From Gemmatimonadota bacterium (lineage in GTDB: Bacteria > ARS69): a DNA stretch of 36,704 bases. Below are positions 9,218 to 17,129 of this stretch, piece by piece. A program made the translations under genes and the position numbers. Position 1 is the first letter of the stretch; each line of letters opens with the position of its first letter. The DNA lies in contig BQJX01000001.1 of NCBI GenBank assembly GCA_021604925.1, positions 1-36,704 on the forward strand, in the 5' to 3' direction. The notes under the pieces were generated by a model. It was not told where the DNA came from and made no database searches. It saw nothing but the letters and a program-made list of their open reading frames with translations.

Positions 9218-9318
9218 TTCCAACTAGCGCTTGCCGCCGACGGATCGCCTGCGTCACGATGGTTGTGGATGCAACCACCGCGCCAAAGGCGCCGCAGCCG
9301 AAGCGCAACACGTTAGGC
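9218..9318 (+). repeat. type B attC-like site
   Basis: TTCCAAC-TA-GCGCTTGCCGCCGACGG ... CCGCAGCCGAAGCGC-AACAC-GTTAGGC. GCGCTT pairs with AAGCGC. The R' GTTAGGC (9312-9318) is a perfect GTTRRRY. Length is 101 bp. A type A left-end fragment GTCCAAGTTGCACCGG sits at 9189-9204. Confidence 0.6.
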
Positions 9319-9342
9319 GGTCCCGCAGAAGAGGAGGCATGT

Positions 9343-9825
9343 GTGGCCGTTCAGAGCAACGACGCTGCCGCGGTTCGCATCTTCCCGCCAGCTGTCCCGC
9401 TCGGCGTCGTGGTTCTCGGCGTCGTGCTGCACCATCTGGCACCCATCGAGTTGGACTTCTCTATCCCGCGTCCGGAGCGCTACTGGATCGGGGGTTTGAT
9501 CGTGGCCGGTGCCGTTCTTGGTCTGGGCCTGCCGTCCGTCGTGATGTTTCGGCGAGGTGGCCAGAGTGAGAATCCATGGAAGCCCACGACACACATTGAG
9601 GAGCGCGGCCCGTTTCGCGTGACGCGCAACCCCATGTACGTTCAGATGCTAGTGACATGCCTCGGGCTTGCAGTCGTTCTCATGAACTGGTGGGTGATGA
9701 TCCTCACGCCGATCGGCGCGTTGCTCCTCCGACAACTCGTGATTCTGCCGGAGGAGGAGTATCTGGAACGGAAGTTTGGTGACTCCTACCGATCATACAA
9801 GTCCAGAGTGAGGCGATGGCTCTAG
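9343..9825 (+). CDS. isoprenylcysteine carboxyl / phospholipid methyltransferase family membrane protein
   Basis: ORF 9196..9825. GTG 9343 lies 5 nt after GAGGAGG. GPFRVTRNPMYVQMLV...ILPEEEYLERKFGDSYRSYKSRVRRWL is typical of ICMT/PEMT-type enzymes. Confidence 0.8.
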   Translation: MAVQSNDAAAVRIFPPAVPLGVVVLGVVLHHLAPIELDFSIPRPERYWIGGLIVAGAVLGLGLPSVVMFRRGGQSENPWKPTTHIEERGPFRVTRNPMYVQMLVTCLGLAVVLMNWWVMILTPIGALLLRQLVILPEEEYLERKFGDSYRSYKSRVRRWL

Positions 9826-9859
9826 TTCCTGGTCACAGGCCTCGCGAAGCCGAGGTTCC

Positions 9860-9945
9860 GTCCAACGAGGGTTTGCAGCCGATGATCACCGCGGCGCATA
9901 CTGGGCGAAGGCGAGCACCCGCTGATGACGGTCGAGGCGGCCTAG
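9860..9945 (+). repeat. type A attC-like repeat, 3' half replaced
   Basis: GTCCAAC (9860-9866, perfect RYYYAAC), TTGCAG 9873-9878 / CATACT 9897-9902 (18-nt spacer). The tail runs directly into a truncated GNAT reading frame. Confidence 0.55.
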
Positions 9946-10152
9946 CGGCCCCGTCGTCCGTTCCGCGGGTACGGACGGTTGGCGACCGAGGCGTTGATCG
10001 AGCTGATGGTAGCGCAGGGATGCAAGGAGGTTCTGGTTGGCTATGCTGATGACAATCAAGTCGCCCGTAGCCTCTACCACAGCCTCGGATTCATCGAACA
10101 AGGGTTAGGCGAAGAAAGCGACATGGTGTCCCGATTCATTGTCGGAGCGTAG
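9946..10152 (+). pseudogene. GNAT acetyltransferase, C-terminal fragment only
   Basis: The frame opening after the stop at 9943-9945 reads RPRRPFRGYGRLATEALIELMVAQGCKEVLVGYADDNQVARSLYHSLGFIEQG...* . This covers motif A (RGYG) onward. No N-terminal half and no start codon. Confidence 0.6.
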
Positions 10153-10167
10153 GCGATCGGGAGGCGT

Positions 10168-10316
10168 GGCCTGTTAGCGTTTGCAGCCGACGAGCACCGC
10201 GGCGCGCGGCGCATACTGGGAAGTAGCTTGAATTGGGGTTTCGCGGCTGGCGCGGGTTGCTTCGTCTGGTCCTCCGCAATCCGCGCCGCTCGGAGCTGAG
10301 ACCCACGCCGTTGGCC
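10168..10316 (+). repeat. type A attC-like repeat, complete
   Basis: GGCC...GCGTTTGCAGCCGACG ... CGGAGCTGAGACCCACGCC-GTTGGCC (R' 10310-10316). The two arms pair with bulges. TTGCAG 10181-10186 / CATACT 10212-10217 with an expanded 25-nt spacer (extra GCGCGGC). Confidence 0.65.
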
Positions 10317-10360
10317 GCACGAACTCATGGAGGCATCCTCCCATCCTCTGGCTTCGTCTC

Positions 10361-10879
10361 TTGGGATTCCTTGGTCTCGTGTCGGTCACGCACGCGGGAG
10401 AACTCGTGCTCCCGCTGGACATTGGGGTTGGAGGCCTCACATCTCCGCACAGCGCGGTCATGTCGATCTCGATTCCCTCCGAGGTCCGAGACGCCGTAGC
10501 CGTCTCTCTAGAGATCGCCGGTACGTCGCGGGCTGGACTTGTCTCGAGCGTCCAGAAGCCTGAAGAGACGCGCGTCGGTCTACCACACGTGAGCTTCTAC
10601 CTTCCGGCTCCGGGCGTAACTCGCGGGGCATGGGGCGGTTCGACATACCTGGAGGAAGGGTCGTTTCGACTCCGCCTGCCAATGCTTTGGTCCCACCATG
10701 TCGCCAGGTCGGATCGGCTGAGCCCGCAATGGGGCGCGCTGGATTCAGCCATTGTGTCGGCCCGGTTGACAATGGATGAGGGAATGGCGGCTGGAGGTCT
10801 TTGGCGAGTTGAGCCATCCGTTCGGATCTGGGATGCCTCATTGGTCTTCGAGTTGCCTGACAACGAGGCGGCCAACTAG
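10361..10879 (+). CDS. hypothetical protein (possible signal peptide)
   Basis: ORF 10361..10879 (TTG start, uncertain). Protein-like composition. The stop TAG lies inside GGCCAAC-TAG of the next repeat. Confidence 0.5.
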   Translation: MGFLGLVSVTHAGELVLPLDIGVGGLTSPHSAVMSISIPSEVRDAVAVSLEIAGTSRAGLVSSVQKPEETRVGLPHVSFYLPAPGVTRGAWGGSTYLEEGSFRLRLPMLWSHHVARSDRLSPQWGALDSAIVSARLTMDEGMAAGGLWRVEPSVRIWDASLVFELPDNEAAN

Positions 10880-10970
10880 CGGTTGCAGCCGACGTCCTGC
10901 CAGTGTCATCCTGGCTGCGAGGCACCCCGGGCGCCATCGGCGTCCGCGGCTGATCCGCAACCCGTTGGCG
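10870..10970 (+). repeat. attC-like site, short variant of type A without the CATACT segment
   Basis: GGCCAAC-TAGC-GGTTGCAGCCGACG ...48 nt... CGTCCGCGGCTGATCCGCAACC-C-GTTGGCG. Three nested arm pairings (GCCAAC/GTTGGC, GGTTGC/GCAACC, AGCCGACG/CGTC..GGCT) with bulged bases. Length is 101 bp. Confidence 0.65.
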
Positions 10971-11058
10971 CACGAGGTCTTCGATGCATCTTCTGTGCTG
11001 GAATCGGGTCCGAGACGCAGACCAATGGATGGCCGTCTTCTCGTCGCACAAGACGGCG

Positions 11059-11160
11059 CGCGGCAGACGATCGCGGCGGCGCACACTGGAGAAGATCGGT
11101 TGGGGCGCTGTCGGAGCGGCGCCGACAGGCGTCGGCTCTTCGCCGTCCTCGGTCCCCACA
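11059..11160 (+). repeat. type A repeat lacking the R''/GGTTTGCA left end
   Basis: GCGGCAGACGATCGCGGCGGCGCACACTGGAGAAGATCGG...GGCTCTTCGCCGTCC aligns with the 13111 copy (ACTGGAGGAAGATCGG...GGCTCTTCGCCATCC). Internal stem CTGTCGG/CCGACAG. Confidence 0.45.
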
Positions 11161-11242
11161 GCAAGAATGCCGAGCACTAGGCAGCCTACTCTCTGGGCGC
11201 CGCGAACGCCCGAACCAGCCCTGCGACAACGGAGTTCGAACC

Positions 11243-11962
11243 ATGAACCACGACATCCCGCTCACACCTGTACGTGCTCGCCTCCTCGGACGCTGCGTCG
11301 GACTCTTGTTCCTAGTTACCTACGCAACGTCGATACCTGCGCTGCTGCTGTTTGGTCCCGTGCTGAACGACGCGCACTACGTGACCGGGGCGGGCTCTGA
11401 CACGCAGATCCGGTTCGCCGCACTGCTCGAGTTCATCCTGATCGTGGCGAACATAGGAAGTGCGGTCGTACTCTACCCGCTCCTGCGACGCTCCTTCCCT
11501 GCCGGTGCGATTGGTTTCGTCGCCGCCCGCATCACCGAGAGCGCCTTTATCGGCATCGGCATTCTCAGCGTGCTTGGCGTCGTGTCGCTTCGCGCATCGG
11601 GGAGCGATGGCGCGGCCCTTCCCATTGTCGCCGAGGCGCTCGTGGCGGTGAAGGACTGGAGCTTCCAGTTCGGGCCCGGTTTCGTCGTACCGATCGGCAA
11701 CGGCATGCTGCTCGGATGGATGATGTACCGCTCAGGTATGGTGCCGCGGCGCGTTGCGATGCTCGGGCTCGTCGGAGGTCCGGTCCTCTTCGCCGCCAGT
11801 GTCGGCATCCTTTTCGGCGGGCTCGACAAGGGCGACCCGTTGTACGCCGTCGCCGTGGCGCCGGAGTTCATCTGGGAACTGGCACTCGGTGTGTACCTGA
11901 CAGCAACCGGCGGTCGGGTTGCCGGACTGCTCGACCACGACTCAGTTCCATCGGCTTGCTGA
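11243..11962 (+). CDS. DUF4386-like integral membrane protein
   Basis: ORF 10883..11962. ATG 11243 (MNHDIPLTPVRARLLGRCVGLLFLVTYATS...). Multiple TM helices. Family assigned from memory of the DUF4386 pattern. Confidence 0.7.
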   Translation: MNHDIPLTPVRARLLGRCVGLLFLVTYATSIPALLLFGPVLNDAHYVTGAGSDTQIRFAALLEFILIVANIGSAVVLYPLLRRSFPAGAIGFVAARITESAFIGIGILSVLGVVSLRASGSDGAALPIVAEALVAVKDWSFQFGPGFVVPIGNGMLLGWMMYRSGMVPRRVAMLGLVGGPVLFAASVGILFGGLDKGDPLYAVAVAPEFIWELALGVYLTATGGRVAGLLDHDSVPSAC

Positions 11963-11975
11963 GCCAAGGTGGCAG

Positions 11976-12482
11976 ATGAGCATCACTCCACACCACGTGC
12001 TTGGCGCCATCGCGATCGGCGTGGGCGCCAGTGTCCTCATGGACGCATGGAACCTCTTCCTGAAACGAGCATGCGGCGTACGGTCGCTTGACTACTGCCT
12101 GCTCGGCCGCTGGCTACTTCACATGCCGGAGGGCACCTTCTTGCACTCGAGCATCGCCGTGGCACCGCCAAGACGTGGTGAATGCGCCGCGGGCTGGGTC
12201 GCCCACTACACGATCGGCGTCGGGCTCGCGACCGTGTTCCTCGCTCTGGCACCCGCCGACTGGCTTGAGCGACCAACCCTTCCGCATGCCCTTCTGTTTG
12301 GCATCGTCACAGTGGTGTTTCCGCTCTTCATACTGCAGCCTTCCCTCGGTCTCGGGGTCGCATCTTCAAAGACGCCCAGGCCTATGCAAGCTAGGCGCAA
12401 GAGCTTTGTGACACATATGGTCTTCGGAGTCGGATTGTATCTATGCGCCTTGGCCCTGAACCATCTACCATTCGCTGCCTAA
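11976..12482 (+). CDS. DUF2938-like membrane protein
   Basis: ORF 11919..12482. ATG 11976. GASVLMDAWNLFLKR...LLGRWLLHMPEGTF...GWVAHYTIG. The stop TAA lies inside the GCCTAAC box. Confidence 0.7.
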   Translation: MSITPHHVLGAIAIGVGASVLMDAWNLFLKRACGVRSLDYCLLGRWLLHMPEGTFLHSSIAVAPPRRGECAAGWVAHYTIGVGLATVFLALAPADWLERPTLPHALLFGIVTVVFPLFILQPSLGLGVASSKTPRPMQARRKSFVTHMVFGVGLYLCALALNHLPFAA

Positions 12483-12539
12483 CAAGCGTTGCAGCGGTCG
12501 GCCCGCTACGTGGTCCGCCGCTGAACCATGCTGCCAACC
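12477..12539 (+). repeat. short (about 63 bp) attC-like site
   Basis: GCCTAAC (perfect RYYYAAC) -AAGC- GTTGCAGCGG ... CCGCTGAAC -CATGCT- GCCAACC. The L''/L' arms pair with one bulge. Layout resembles the 60-bp aadA-type attC, but the R' position holds GCCAACC instead of GTTAGGC. Confidence 0.5.
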
Positions 12540-12553
12540 ACGACCAGGAACCC

Positions 12554-12919
12554 ATGCTCAAGCACGCCATTCCCGTAATCCACTGCACTTCGTCCGCTCG
12601 TGCGGAGCAGTTCTACTGCCGGCTTCTCGGGTTCGATCGTCGATTCGCGTACCGACCCCAGGAGTCACTCCCGGATCCCTGCTATCTGGGGCTTCTCCGG
12701 GACGGCGCTGCCATTCATGTCTCGTCGTTCCCTGGAGACGGAGCTGTTGGATCTGCCGTCTACGTCGTCGTTGATGACGTGGATACGCTCTACAAGGAAC
12801 TGGCGGGTCGGGGAGTCCAGATCTCGCTGGAGCCCACTGACCAAACGTGGGGGAACCGCGAGATGTATGTCGACGATCCGGACGGCAACAGCGTGCGCTT
12901 CGTGCAAGAGGGTGGCTAA
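12554..12919 (+). CDS. VOC/glyoxalase superfamily protein (bleomycin-resistance-protein-like)
   Basis: ORF 12443..12919. ATG 12554. IPVIHCTSSARAEQFYCRLLGF...TDQTWGNREMYVDDPDGNSVRF. The stop lies inside GGCTAAC. Confidence 0.85.
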   Translation: MLKHAIPVIHCTSSARAEQFYCRLLGFDRRFAYRPQESLPDPCYLGLLRDGAAIHVSSFPGDGAVGSAVYVVVDDVDTLYKELAGRGVQISLEPTDQTWGNREMYVDDPDGNSVRFVQEGG

Positions 12920-12953
12920 CTGGGGTTTGCGGCACTGGGAGTCGGCAGCAGCC
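12914..12953 (+). repeat. type A repeat with internal deletion
   Basis: GGCTAAC-TGG-GGTTTGC|GGC|ACTGGGAGTCGGC corresponds to the 16167 copy (GGTTTGCAGCGGACGATGACGCGGCGCATACTGGGAGTCGCG) minus about 24 nt. Confidence 0.4.
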
Positions 12954-12990
12954 TGGGATCGCTTCGCGATGCCTGTTCGAATGAGTTTGA

Positions 12991-13119
12991 GGCCCTGAAC
13001 GGCGATGCGAGGACTACACGGTGTCAGAAAATGGTCCCGCACGGGCGTTCTATCAAGGGCTCGGTTACGTTGACAGGCCACACTACGAGCTGCTTGAGAA
13101 GCCCCTGCGGGGCCCCTAG
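12991..13119 (+). pseudogene. GNAT acetyltransferase, extreme C-terminal fragment
   Basis: The frame after the stop at 12988-12990 reads GPERRCEDYTVSENGPARAFYQGLGYVDRPHYELLEKPLRGP*. The N..A..FY..GLGY tail is the GNAT C-terminal signature. No start codon and no N-terminal domain. Confidence 0.45.
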
Positions 13120-13253
13120 CTAGGGTTTGCAGATGATGATCCCCGCGGCGCATACTGGAGGAAGATCGGAAGCGGGCTCGGCGTCCGGTGGAGAGTCGCC
13201 ATCTGGCTCTTCGCCATCCGCGGTGCTCGCGGCTGAGATCCTTGCCGCCAGGC
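13111..13253 (+). repeat. type A attC-like repeat, long form
   Basis: CCCCTAGCTAG-GGTTTGCAG, TTGCAG 13127-13132 / CATACT 13151-13156 (18-nt spacer). Tail GAAGATCGGAAGCGGGCTCGGCG...GGCTCTTCGCCATCCGCGGTGCTCGCGGCTGAGATCC-TTGCC-GCCAGGC (mutated R'). Confidence 0.6.
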
Positions 13254-13299
13254 GGCAGACCAAGCTGTCTGGAAGACCACGGATGGAAGCGACTTCGAA

Positions 13300-14166
13300 A
13301 TGACGATCGCAGTGACGGCGGCCAGCGGCAAGCTCGGCTCAGAAATCATCAGGGCCGTGGCTCGCTTGGGATCTCATTCTGTCGTAGCGCTGGCTCGTAC
13401 TCCGTCGAAGGCGGAGTTCCTTGGCGTCGAAGTGCGAAGCGGCGACTATGACTCTCGGGTGGCACTTGAGAAGTCCCTTCGCGGTGTCAAGACGGTCTTG
13501 CTCGTTTCAGGCATGGACGAACCCGCAAGGCGCGTCGAACAGCACCGCAACGTGATTCGCGCGGCCGAGGATGCCGGTGTTCGCAAGATCGTCTACACCA
13601 GCGTGCAAGGGGCGGAAGCCGGCACCGCGTTCTCCCCGATCGTTCAGAGCAACCGCCAAACGGAACAGGATGTCCAGGACAGCCGACTGGACTGGGCGAT
13701 TGGCCGGAACGGAATCTACATCGAGCCGGACGTTGAGTTCATCGATGCCTACAAGAAGGCGGGCTGTATTGCGAACTGTGCCGGAGACCGCAAGTGCGGA
13801 TACACGACGCGTCCCGAGCTGGCTTATGCCTACGCGCGCATGTTGACGGAAGAGACGCACAACGGACAAACGTACAATCTGCACGGCGAGGCGCTCACTC
13901 AGGCGCAGTTGGCAAGCTATCTGAATCGCGCCTTTCACACGAATCTCAGCTACCGGGAAATGACCGTCGCAGCGTATGAGCAGGAGCGAGTGGCCGCGCT
14001 CGGGGAGTTTCTGGGGAGAGTCATCGCCGGCATCTACGCAGGTATTCGTGAGGGGGGCATGGACAATCCAAGCCATTTCTCGCATGCGGCAGGTAGGGAG
14101 CACCAGCGCTGGGCAGACTACTTTGCGGATGTTGGAACCGCGGCTGGCCAGGACCTTCTCCATTGA
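13300..14166 (+). CDS. NmrA-like / atypical SDR NAD(P)-binding protein
   Basis: ORF 13300..14166. MTIAVTAASGKLGSEIIRAV (Rossmann GxxGxxG-type) and the overall NmrA-family layout. Confidence 0.85.
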   Translation: MTIAVTAASGKLGSEIIRAVARLGSHSVVALARTPSKAEFLGVEVRSGDYDSRVALEKSLRGVKTVLLVSGMDEPARRVEQHRNVIRAAEDAGVRKIVYTSVQGAEAGTAFSPIVQSNRQTEQDVQDSRLDWAIGRNGIYIEPDVEFIDAYKKAGCIANCAGDRKCGYTTRPELAYAYARMLTEETHNGQTYNLHGEALTQAQLASYLNRAFHTNLSYREMTVAAYEQERVAALGEFLGRVIAGIYAGIREGGMDNPSHFSHAAGREHQRWADYFADVGTAAGQDLLH

Positions 14167-14360
14167 ACCGCGAAGCTGCTCGCGAGCCATCAGGAGATCC
14201 ATGGAGACCTTGTCGATGAACTGTTGCTGGCGGTCGAGCCGATTGTCCTTGGCGGGGGGAGATCGATCTTCGTGCTCAACGGAATGGCCCTTCACGCTGC
14301 GGTCCACAGCCAAAGCGAGCACGGGGGCGCAGGTGTCCCGATACTCCCGTGCTCGGTATC
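14167..14360 (+). pseudogene. RibD_C / dihydrofolate-reductase-family protein, C-terminal fragment
   Basis: Immediately after the SDR stop and in the same frame: TAKLLASHQEIHGDLVDELLLAVEPIVLGGGRSIF...LHAAVHSQSEHGGAGVPILPCSV. This matches the last ~60 residues of the family; compare the intact paralog 29047..29595 (GLIQRLIVTRVPVLIGSGISLF). Confidence 0.5.
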
Positions 14361-14361
14361 C

Positions 14362-14415
14362 GTTGGGCGACAGAGGTTGGAATCGGACTCCGCGCCTGCG
14401 TGGAGGCCGGCCGAG
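14362..14415 (+). repeat. type A repeat tail remnant (no core)
   Basis: GTTGGGC (14362-14368) followed by GGAATCGGACTCCGCGCCTGCGTGGAGGCCGGCCGAG, which aligns with the tail GGAATTGGGCTCCGCGGCTGGCCGAG of the 8496 copy. Confidence 0.3.
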
Positions 14416-14429
14416 TAGAGTTGGAGGCG

Positions 14430-15185
14430 ATGGTGGCGCAAATCTACGATGAGATCGGCTTGCGATACCGAGAGCATCGGCTTCCGGACCCACGCATTGA
14501 ATCGGCGATTGCGCGCGCATTGGGACATGCGGAGAGTGTAGTCAACGTTGGTGCTGGGGCAGGATCCTACGAACCGGTGGACCGAAAGGTGGTTGCGGTC
14601 GAGCCATCGACGGAGATGATTCGCCAGCGGCTACCTGGCCACGCGCCGGTAATTCAGGCGTCTGCGGCTGCGCTGCCGTTCAGGAACTCATCCTTTGATG
14701 CCAGCCTTGCGATTCTGACTGTCCACCACTGGCCCAATCACGCGGACTCACTCGCCGAGTTCGCAAGGGTGTCTCGGGGTTTGCAGGTAATCGTGACCTG
14801 GGACCCTGCGTTCTCCGGGTTCTGGCTTGTTGAAGACTACTTTCCGGAAATTGAAGCCATCGATCGCAGGGTCTTTCCGTCACTGGATAGGATCCGACAA
14901 GTACTGGGCGATATTGTGGTGTGGCCCCTCCCGATTCCGCATGATTGCAGCGACGGCTTTCTGGGCGCCTACTGGAGGCGACCCCACGCGTATCTGAATC
15001 CGGACGTGCGCCGATCCATCTCCACCTTCTCGAGGATCAACGAGACGGCCCCTGGACTTGAACGCCTGCGAAGGGACCTGGATGACGGGACGTGGGAGCT
15101 CAGGAACGGCCACTTGCGAGGGCACTTGGAGCTGGATCTGGGGTACCGTATTGTCACATCGCGCTCTGGGAGCGTGACCATCTAG
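14430..15185 (+). CDS. class I SAM-dependent methyltransferase
   Basis: ORF 14349..15185. ATG 14430 follows GGAGG. VVNVGAGAGSYEP (motif I), FDASLAILTVHHW. Confidence 0.85.
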   Translation: MVAQIYDEIGLRYREHRLPDPRIESAIARALGHAESVVNVGAGAGSYEPVDRKVVAVEPSTEMIRQRLPGHAPVIQASAAALPFRNSSFDASLAILTVHHWPNHADSLAEFARVSRGLQVIVTWDPAFSGFWLVEDYFPEIEAIDRRVFPSLDRIRQVLGDIVVWPLPIPHDCSDGFLGAYWRRPHAYLNPDVRRSISTFSRINETAPGLERLRRDLDDGTWELRNGHLRGHLELDLGYRIVTSRSGSVTI

Positions 15186-15220
15186 CGAGCGCCTGCAGCG
15201 GAGACCCAGTGCCGTTGGCG
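15177..15220 (+). repeat. miniature attC-like remnant
   Basis: ACCATCTAG-CGAGCGCCTGCAGCGGAGACCCAGTGCC-GTTGGCG. It joins the GCAGC left arm directly to the conserved right end (compare GGAGCTGAGACCCACGCC-GTTGGCC at 10290-10316). Confidence 0.4.
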
Positions 15221-15239
15221 TGCGACCGGGAGAGGCAAT

Positions 15240-15353
15240 CCCATCTCGCTCACAAGATCGAAGTCGGGTTCCGCGCGCGATCCCGACAAACGCGGAAGCG
15301 TGAAGGACCCCTGCGGCAACACCTGGGCCATTGCGACGCAGCGCGGGAGTTGA
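15240..15353 (+). pseudogene. VOC/glyoxalase family, C-terminal fragment
   Basis: The frame ends ...SGSARDPDKRGSVKDPCGNTWAIATQRGS* (stop 15351-15353). G.VKDP.GN.W.IAT is a typical VOC C-terminus. There is no upstream domain or start codon. Confidence 0.4.
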
Positions 15354-15459
15354 CTCCGTGGCTCCGCCCGTGTCCCGCAGGGCGTGGGGCGCACGGGCAC
15401 CTCGTGCCACCCCCGCAGGTGAAACCCATGCCGCTCGGTGCCCCTGAGCCGTCTGCTGG

Positions 15460-16062
15460 TTACTTCGGCAACAAGTGGACTGCCGATGCCGGCACCTTGT
15501 CGAAGTGGATTTCGACTCCTCGTTGGGCGGCAGCCTGGGCAATCAGGCCGCCGATGGCTTCGGGATCATCAGCATGAGTCCTTCGGATCTCAACAACGAC
15601 ATCGTCAAAGAAGTCCGAGAATTCCCCGGGAGAGATGATCAGTAACAAGCGAGCCGGAAGATCGGTGTCGTTCCAGAATCCATGCAAGTAGCCTCTCGGC
15701 AGCACAACGAGCGAGCCGGTCGTGGCCCGGACGACGTCGCCACGGTCCAGGAAGTCGACCCCACCTTCCAGCACGTAGAAGTACTCGTCCTCACTGCTGT
15801 GAACGTGGGGCGGCGCCCCAAAAGTTCGTGGCGGCAGTTCCAGTTCAAGCACCGCTGTTCCCGCCGGGGTGGCCGTGTGGCTGGAAAGGACTCTGGTCAG
15901 GTGTCCAGGAAACTCGATGGGCGGGGTAGCGCCAGGACTGGTAACGTGCGGTTCATTGGTCGCGGTGCTACTGGATGCCAGCAGCAGTAAAGCAGCGGCA
16001 ATTGCGTGGTGCACTATCGACCCTCGGCTTTGTCGGCTAGAAGCTGGGCTGGCGAACCCCAT
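15460..16062 (-). CDS. cupin domain protein, probably secreted
   Basis: ORF 15460..16116. PPHVHSSEDEYFYVLEGGVDFL...VVLPRGYLHGFWN (cupin_2 motifs). The start is uncertain: ATG 16062, or GTG 16014 after GAGGG. Hydrophobic N-terminus AIAAALLLLASSS. Confidence 0.75.
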   Translation of the reverse strand: MGFASPASSRQSRGSIVHHAIAAALLLLASSSTATNEPHVTSPGATPPIEFPGHLTRVLSSHTATPAGTAVLELELPPRTFGAPPHVHSSEDEYFYVLEGGVDFLDRGDVVRATTGSLVVLPRGYLHGFWNDTDLPARLLLIISPGEFSDFFDDVVVEIRRTHADDPEAIGGLIAQAAAQRGVEIHFDKVPASAVHLLPK

Positions 16063-16166
16063 GGGGATCGGCAAGCGAACAAGAAGACCATATAGATCCA
16101 GCCAAACGCGTGTCAATCGGGTTTGGATTCGTTGAAGTCCTGGTCAAGGTACGGGCGCAGGACGCT

Positions 16167-16248
16167 GGCCAACTAGGGTTTGCAGCGGACGATGACGCGG
16201 CGCATACTGGGAGTCGCGCCGTGAGGCCGCGCGGAGATCGAGTTGCAG
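16167..16248 (+). repeat. type A attC-like repeat, short tail
   Basis: GGCCAAC-TAG-GGTTTGCAGCGGACGATGACGCGGCGCATACTGGGAG. It is plus-oriented although the upstream gene is on the minus strand. Confidence 0.6.
16180..16208 (+). promoter_or_regulatory. sigma70-like promoter candidate inside the repeat core (representative of 12 copies)
   Basis: TTGCAG (16180-16185) - 17 nt - CATACT (16203-16208), 58 nt upstream of ATG 16267. The same hexamers and 17-18 nt spacing recur in 11 of the 12 repeat copies carrying both hexamers. No experimental support. Confidence 0.3.
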
Positions 16249-16266
16249 AACGAGGGGGCAATTGCG

Positions 16267-17076
16267 ATGACACAGCACCACCACGGCAAGACCTATCGTG
16301 GAAGCGCGCCCGAGAACTACGAGCGATACTTTGTTCCGGCGATTGGCGCGCCTGCCGCCAGAGGCCTTGTCGCGATCGCTGCGCTTCGTCCGGGTGAACG
16401 GGCCCTGGATGTTGCCTGTGGGACCGGTGTCGTGGCGCGGCTCGCCTCGGAAGCGGTCGGTCCCGCCGGGACGGTCGCCGGGTTGGACGTCAATCCCGGC
16501 ATGCTGGCGGTTGCGCGCTCGACAGCGCCGCCGGGTCAGGCCATCGAGTGGCACGAGGCGAGTGCGGAGGCAATCCCACTCCCGGACGCGTCGTTCGATG
16601 TCGTGCTGTGCCAGATGGGCCTCCAATTCGTGCCCGACAAGCACGCCGCGCTGAGCGAGATGCGGCGTGTTCTGGCTCCGGGTGGGCGCCTGATCCTCAA
16701 TGTGCCTGGGCCCACGCCGCAGCTGTTCACCGTCATGGCCGAGGCGCTCGCTCGCCACATCGGCGCCGACACCGCGGGGTTTGTGAACCAGGTGTTCTCG
16801 CTCCACGACACGGCAGAGATCCACGACCTCATTGGTGGCGCGGGCTTTCAGGATGTGTCGGTTCGGGCCGAGACCCAATCGCTACGACTTCCCCCACCGG
16901 AGGAGTTCCTCTGGCAATACGTGCACAGCACCCCCCTGGCGGGCGCCGTGGCGCAGGTGGATGACGAGCGTCGCGACTCGCTGGAGCGTGATGTCGCAGC
17001 CCAATGGCAGGCGCTCGTCGAGGATCGCACCCTGGTGCTTCAGGTGCGTATGGTCGTAGCGACCGCTCGGAATTGA
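16267..17076 (+). CDS. class I SAM-dependent methyltransferase (UbiE/Methyltransf_11-like)
   Basis: ORF 16243..17076. ATG 16267 follows GAGGGGG. ALDVACGTGVVARL, FDVVLCQMGLQF, LAPGGRLIL. Confidence 0.85.
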   Translation: MTQHHHGKTYRGSAPENYERYFVPAIGAPAARGLVAIAALRPGERALDVACGTGVVARLASEAVGPAGTVAGLDVNPGMLAVARSTAPPGQAIEWHEASAEAIPLPDASFDVVLCQMGLQFVPDKHAALSEMRRVLAPGGRLILNVPGPTPQLFTVMAEALARHIGADTAGFVNQVFSLHDTAEIHDLIGGAGFQDVSVRAETQSLRLPPPEEFLWQYVHSTPLAGAVAQVDDERRDSLERDVAAQWQALVEDRTLVLQVRMVVATARN

Positions 17077-17129
17077 ACGCCGTCCGTAGGGCGCCCGGTT
17101 GAAACCGGGTAACAAACGGGAAGCTGCTG

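Noticed and set aside
9978-9984. GTTGGCG as the R' box closing the 9860 repeat
   Set aside because: It falls inside the GNAT fragment reading frame, where it encodes part of the motif A string GYGRLA (cgg ttg gcg). It is therefore more likely coding sequence of the truncated gene than a recombination site.
10327-10563. ATG-initiated ORF 10327..10563 as the first gene after the 10168 repeat
   Set aside because: Its translation is Arg-rich and low complexity (GHARGRTRAPAGHWGWRPH...). The overlapping frame 10361..10879 has protein-like composition and ends in the repeat stop box.
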